A DNA stretch of 64,000 bases, taken from contig NC_043018.1 in the NCBI RefSeq assembly GCF_006345805.1, positions 20,956,001-21,020,000 of the forward strand, given 5' to 3'. The notes under the pieces are model-generated. The model was not told where the DNA came from, did not search any database, and worked only from the letters and a program-made list of their open reading frames with translations. Positions 60,101 to 64,000 of this stretch are shown piece by piece (the first letter of the stretch is position 1; each line of letters begins with the position of its first letter). The stretch comes from Octopus sinensis (Eukaryota). A program made the position numbers and the translations under genes.

Positions 60101-61472
60101 TCCTAATAAGTAGGAAGGTAGACAAGTCACAAACGCCTTCAGGTAGATGGCCTTGCTCGATCTGTAGGAAAGGCGTAGGTAGAAACTCTATAAGATGCAC
60201 CAAGTGTAAGCTATGGACACACGAGGTGCAGCAACGTCAAGGGAAGGCTAACTAGGAAGATAGTTTTTGTATGTGGCAGATGCTCAGGAGCAATAAACAC
60301 TGAAAATGCGCAGAGAGCAACTTAAGCCATATTCCAGGGAGAAAAACTAGAAATAGTTGATAGCTTCCGTTACCTAGGTGACCAAGTCAGTAGCGGGGGC
60401 GGGTGTGTTGAAAGTGTAACTGCTAGAGTGAGAATAGCTTGGGCAAAGTTCAGAGAGCTCTTACCTCTGCTAGGGACAAAAGGCCTCTCGCTCAGAGTAA
60501 AAGGTAGACTGTATGATGCTTGTGTACGAACAGCCATGCTACATGGCAGTGAAACATGGGCCGTGACTGCTGAGGATATGCGTAAGCTCGCAAGAAATAA
60601 AGCCAGTATGCTCCGATGGATGTGTAATGTCAGTGTTCATACTTGACAGAGTGTAAGTACCTTGAGAGAGAAGTTGTACCTAAGAAGCATCAGTTGCGGT
60701 GTGCAAGAGAGACGTTTGCGCTGGTATGGTCATGTGGCGAGAATGGATGAAGATAGTTGTGTGAAAAAGTGCCAAACCCTAGCTGTCGAGGGAACCTGTG
60801 GAAGAGGCAGACCCAGGAAAACCTGGGATGAGATGGTGAAGCACGACCTTCGAACTTTAGGTCTCACTGAGGAAATGACTAGTGACCGAGACCTTTGGAA
60901 GCATGCTATGTGTGAGAAGACCCGGCAGGACAAGTGAGACCATCACCCATGGCCTCAGTCCACTTATGCATACCTTTCCTTCTTGGGACACAAAACCCTA
61001 CTTGTGAAGACCTGTTGAGGCAAGTGAAAATCAAAAAATCAAAAATCAAAATCGATCAACATGAATGGAAATTGTAGCTGTGATACCAGTGCCGGTGGCA
61101 CATAAGAGAACCATCCGAACGTGGCCGTTGCCAGTGCTGCCCCGACTGGCTTCCATGCTGGTGGCACGTAAAAAGCACCATCCGATTGTGGCTGCTGCCA
61201 GCTTCGCCTGGCCTCCGTGCCGGTGGCACGTAAAAAGCACTATCCGACCGTGGCCATTTGCCAGCCTCGTCTGGCACCTGTGCCGGTGACACGTAAAAAG
61301 CACCCACTACACTCATGGAGTGGTTGGCGTTAGGAAGGGCATACAGCCATAGAAACATTGCCAGATCAGACTGGGCCTGGCGCAGCCCTCTGGCTTCCCA
61401 GACCCCAGTTGCACCGTCCAACCCATGCCAGCATGGAAAGCGGACGCTAAACGATGATGATGATGATGATGA
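60101..61472 (+). mobile_element. 5'-truncated RTE-clade LINE: ORF2 C-terminal part + 3' UTR + (GAT)n tail
   Basis: WPCSICRKGVGRNSIRCTKCKLWTH zinc-finger segment; FRYLG RT-end motif; LHGSETW; RRLRWYGHVARM; RGRPRKTW; some stops and frameshifts; 3' UTR ends in gatgatgat. Confidence 0.9.
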
Positions 61473-61579
61473 TATATACGCTTATGAATTTGTGTCGCAA
61501 GATTCCTGATGTAGAGTCGTGTGTTGGAACAGATATTGTTGTATTTCGGGATGGTCGGTTTTTTGGGGGGTTTTTTGCC

Positions 61580-61799
61580 AAATAAACACACACACTATAT
61601 TCGTTCTTCACCCGTTTATTACTGTTCTTATTCTAACTCCGACAATGCATTAAACTGATCAGGATCACACACGAAGACGGAAAGTGTCGCCGAGGAGGTC
61701 ACAGATGCGTGACAAAAGATTTCCGGACAGTAGACATGAGGTAGAATAAGAACAGTAATAAACGAGTGAAGAACGAATATATAGTGCGTGTGTTTATTT
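61580..61799. mobile_element. Foldback/MITE-like element with about 55-bp terminal inverted repeats
   Basis: AAATAAACAC...CTGTTCTTATTCTA versus TAGAATAAGAACAG...GTGTTTATTT; no clear TSD. Confidence 0.55.
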
Positions 61800-62252
61800 A
61801 CCCTCCTCCCTAACGACCGTCTCGAAATACAATATATGTGTGTGTGTGTGTGGAGGCGCAATGGCCCAGTGGTTAGGGCAGCAGACTCGCGGTCGTAGGA
61901 TCGCAGTTTCGATTCCCAGACTGGGCATTGTAAGTGTTTATTGAGCGAAAACACCTAAAGCTCCACGGGACTCCGGCAGGGGATGGTGGTGATCCCTGCT
62001 GTACTCTTTCGCCACAACTTTCTTTCACTCTTTCTTCTGTTGGTCATTAGAAGGCTAAAACAATGCGAAACGCATTGTGACCAGCGATGTGTAGCAACAT
62101 CTGATAGCCTGGTCGGTTACGGTGATATATATATATTATATTTGTAGAGCTATCTTTTTGAACATCGCGATGGTGGTGAGGTTTTCTTTTTTTCTCTTTC
62201 GTTTCTAATTAAGAGTCAATTTCGTAATTCCTTATTTACTTCCCTTGTTAAC

Positions 62253-62341
62253 ATGGCGAAGTTCCTCGATTCCCGGTTTTTACCAATTTTCTGTCGTTTA
62301 TCTCACAGAATTTATCGAAACTCCTTCAAATCTGTCTTACA
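62253..62341 (+). CDS. Probable first coding exon of a downstream gene (MAKFLDSRFLPIFCRLSHRIYRNSFKSVL), mitochondrial-presequence-like
   Basis: AACATGGCG start context, consensus gtaagt donor at 62342, locally CpG-containing non-repeat sequence; no second exon identified. Confidence 0.5.
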
Positions 62342-64000
62342 GTAAGTATCAGTTTTTCCCCCAGGTATATACTAAATATAGGCCTACCTGTCGTCTTGAC
62401 ACGCCTTTCTCAATTTCTTGATGTATTTCAAATGTAAAACCATAATTAACCTTGAAAATGTTTTTGCTTAACAGAGAAAGTTGTCTTTAATTATATCCGA
62501 TGCTTTCTCGTTTAAAATTTTGATATTTTTTAAAAATTTAACGTTTTAAGGAATAAAATATAAACAAAATTTGATTCTATCTGTATGTCCTGTTAATTTT
62601 AGCAAATTTTACCTGAAATATAACTCAATTATTTTACCTGTTAAACTTATCGGATGAACTGAGCCAGACTTTGTTTCCTCATAAGATGCAGAAAAATAGA
62701 GATTTTATAATGAAAATTTTTACAAATACCTTTCAAATAGTGTAGATTACAATTATAGCGGAATTTAATGTAAAAAGAAAATTGGTGGGGACTTATATAT
62801 ATACTGAAGATTTCATTTGAATGAAACAGTTCTAGTCCTGTAGAAGCTCCTTCTATAAAATAAATTAATTTACTCTGCTATGTATTGAGTACCTTATTTA
62901 CTGTGGTTAACCCCGACTCAACCCGGGACCTACATATATATATATATATATATATATATACTGATACACATCACTTAATTTTTGTGTTGATATATATGTG
63001 ATGTGTGTCAGTAAGAATGTCTATGCGCCTATTAATTTTCCGCATTAAAATCCGATACCATCGTAATATACACTATCTGAAAGGTATTAGTAGAAAATTT
63101 CATTAAAAAGTATCCGTTCTTATAAAAGTTATGAAGAAACGGAATCAGCGGGGCACACTTGTGTATGTATGCCAATGTTTAGATTTCTTTGTGTGTGTGT
63201 TTTCCTTTTAAAATAGAAAAAAAAAATGTATTTTTATTATTATTATTATTATTTATTATTAAATGAAGAGAGTTAAATATACTTTATGCTTTATATTTGA
63301 GACAGTATTTGAGGTGCAACACATCTTTATTTGGTCGCTAGATATCTCAGATTTGTACAACGTTTATCCGAATAAAAGACACGTGTTTTCTGCAGGGTTT
63401 TTAATATTACGATAATGTCTATAATATTTCTTTATTTTCCATTATTTTAAAGTCGAATACTTTAAAAGAAAACACCTAATTTTATATAACATTTGATTAA
63501 GTTGCTGAATCCATAAGTAAACAACGTCTTCCTTCCATAGAAGCGACAAATTATATCCTTCACCCAATTAACAAAATACTACGATTAATTAAACCGCGTT
63601 AATTACTATGTTATTGTATATTTTATACTAGACATAAAGCTGCTCACCTCAGTATTTTTGTAGACGTTTAGTTATTTATTCTATTCATAAAAGTGTAAAT
63701 AATAATAATATGTTATGGGAGACAATGAGGGAACCTGTGGTTGCTGAGACTAATGGAATAAACTTAATTACCTTTTTTTGTGCTATATTTTATAAAAATA
63801 TTAGACTTAGAATTTTTGTGGAGTTCAGCATGTTTGTATATGGTCCCTCTTTGGCGGAGGTAAGCTGGCAGAAACGTTAGCACGTTTCGGGGTCGATAAA
63901 TTAAGTACCAGTTACGCACTGGAGTCGATATAATCGACTTAATCCGTTTGTCTGTCCTTGTTTGTCCCCTCTGTGTTTAGCTCCTTGTGGGTAATAAAGA

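Overview
AT-rich, repeat-saturated eukaryotic DNA. The SINE/RTE/MITE repertoire and the (TA)n, (CAT)n and (AAT)n microsatellites point to an octopod cephalopod; this is inferred from repeat families, not proven. The window holds 31 hand-traced coding exons (656..56544, + strand, about 1,255 codons, 5' end upstream of the window) of the rRNA-biogenesis gene RRP5/PDCD11: an S1-domain array, a charged linker and C-terminal HAT/TPR repeats. It also holds a probable first coding exon of a downstream gene (62253..62341). Most six-frame ORFs are artefacts of repeats. Main observations: (1) three tandemly duplicated phase-0 exons inside RRP5, with an inverted pair of hAT MITEs around the middle one; (2) apparent loss of several S1 domains relative to human RRP5; (3) a consensus U12 minor-spliceosome intron; (4) minimal hammerhead-ribozyme motifs, one in a tRNA-headed element with a 26-bp inverted repeat; (5) a 44-bp minisatellite derived from an RTE LINE ORF end; (6) a 1-nt phase conflict between exons 24 and 25. 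Human RRP5 comparisons are from recalled sequence and need a real alignment. Exon numbers count from the first exon visible in this window.
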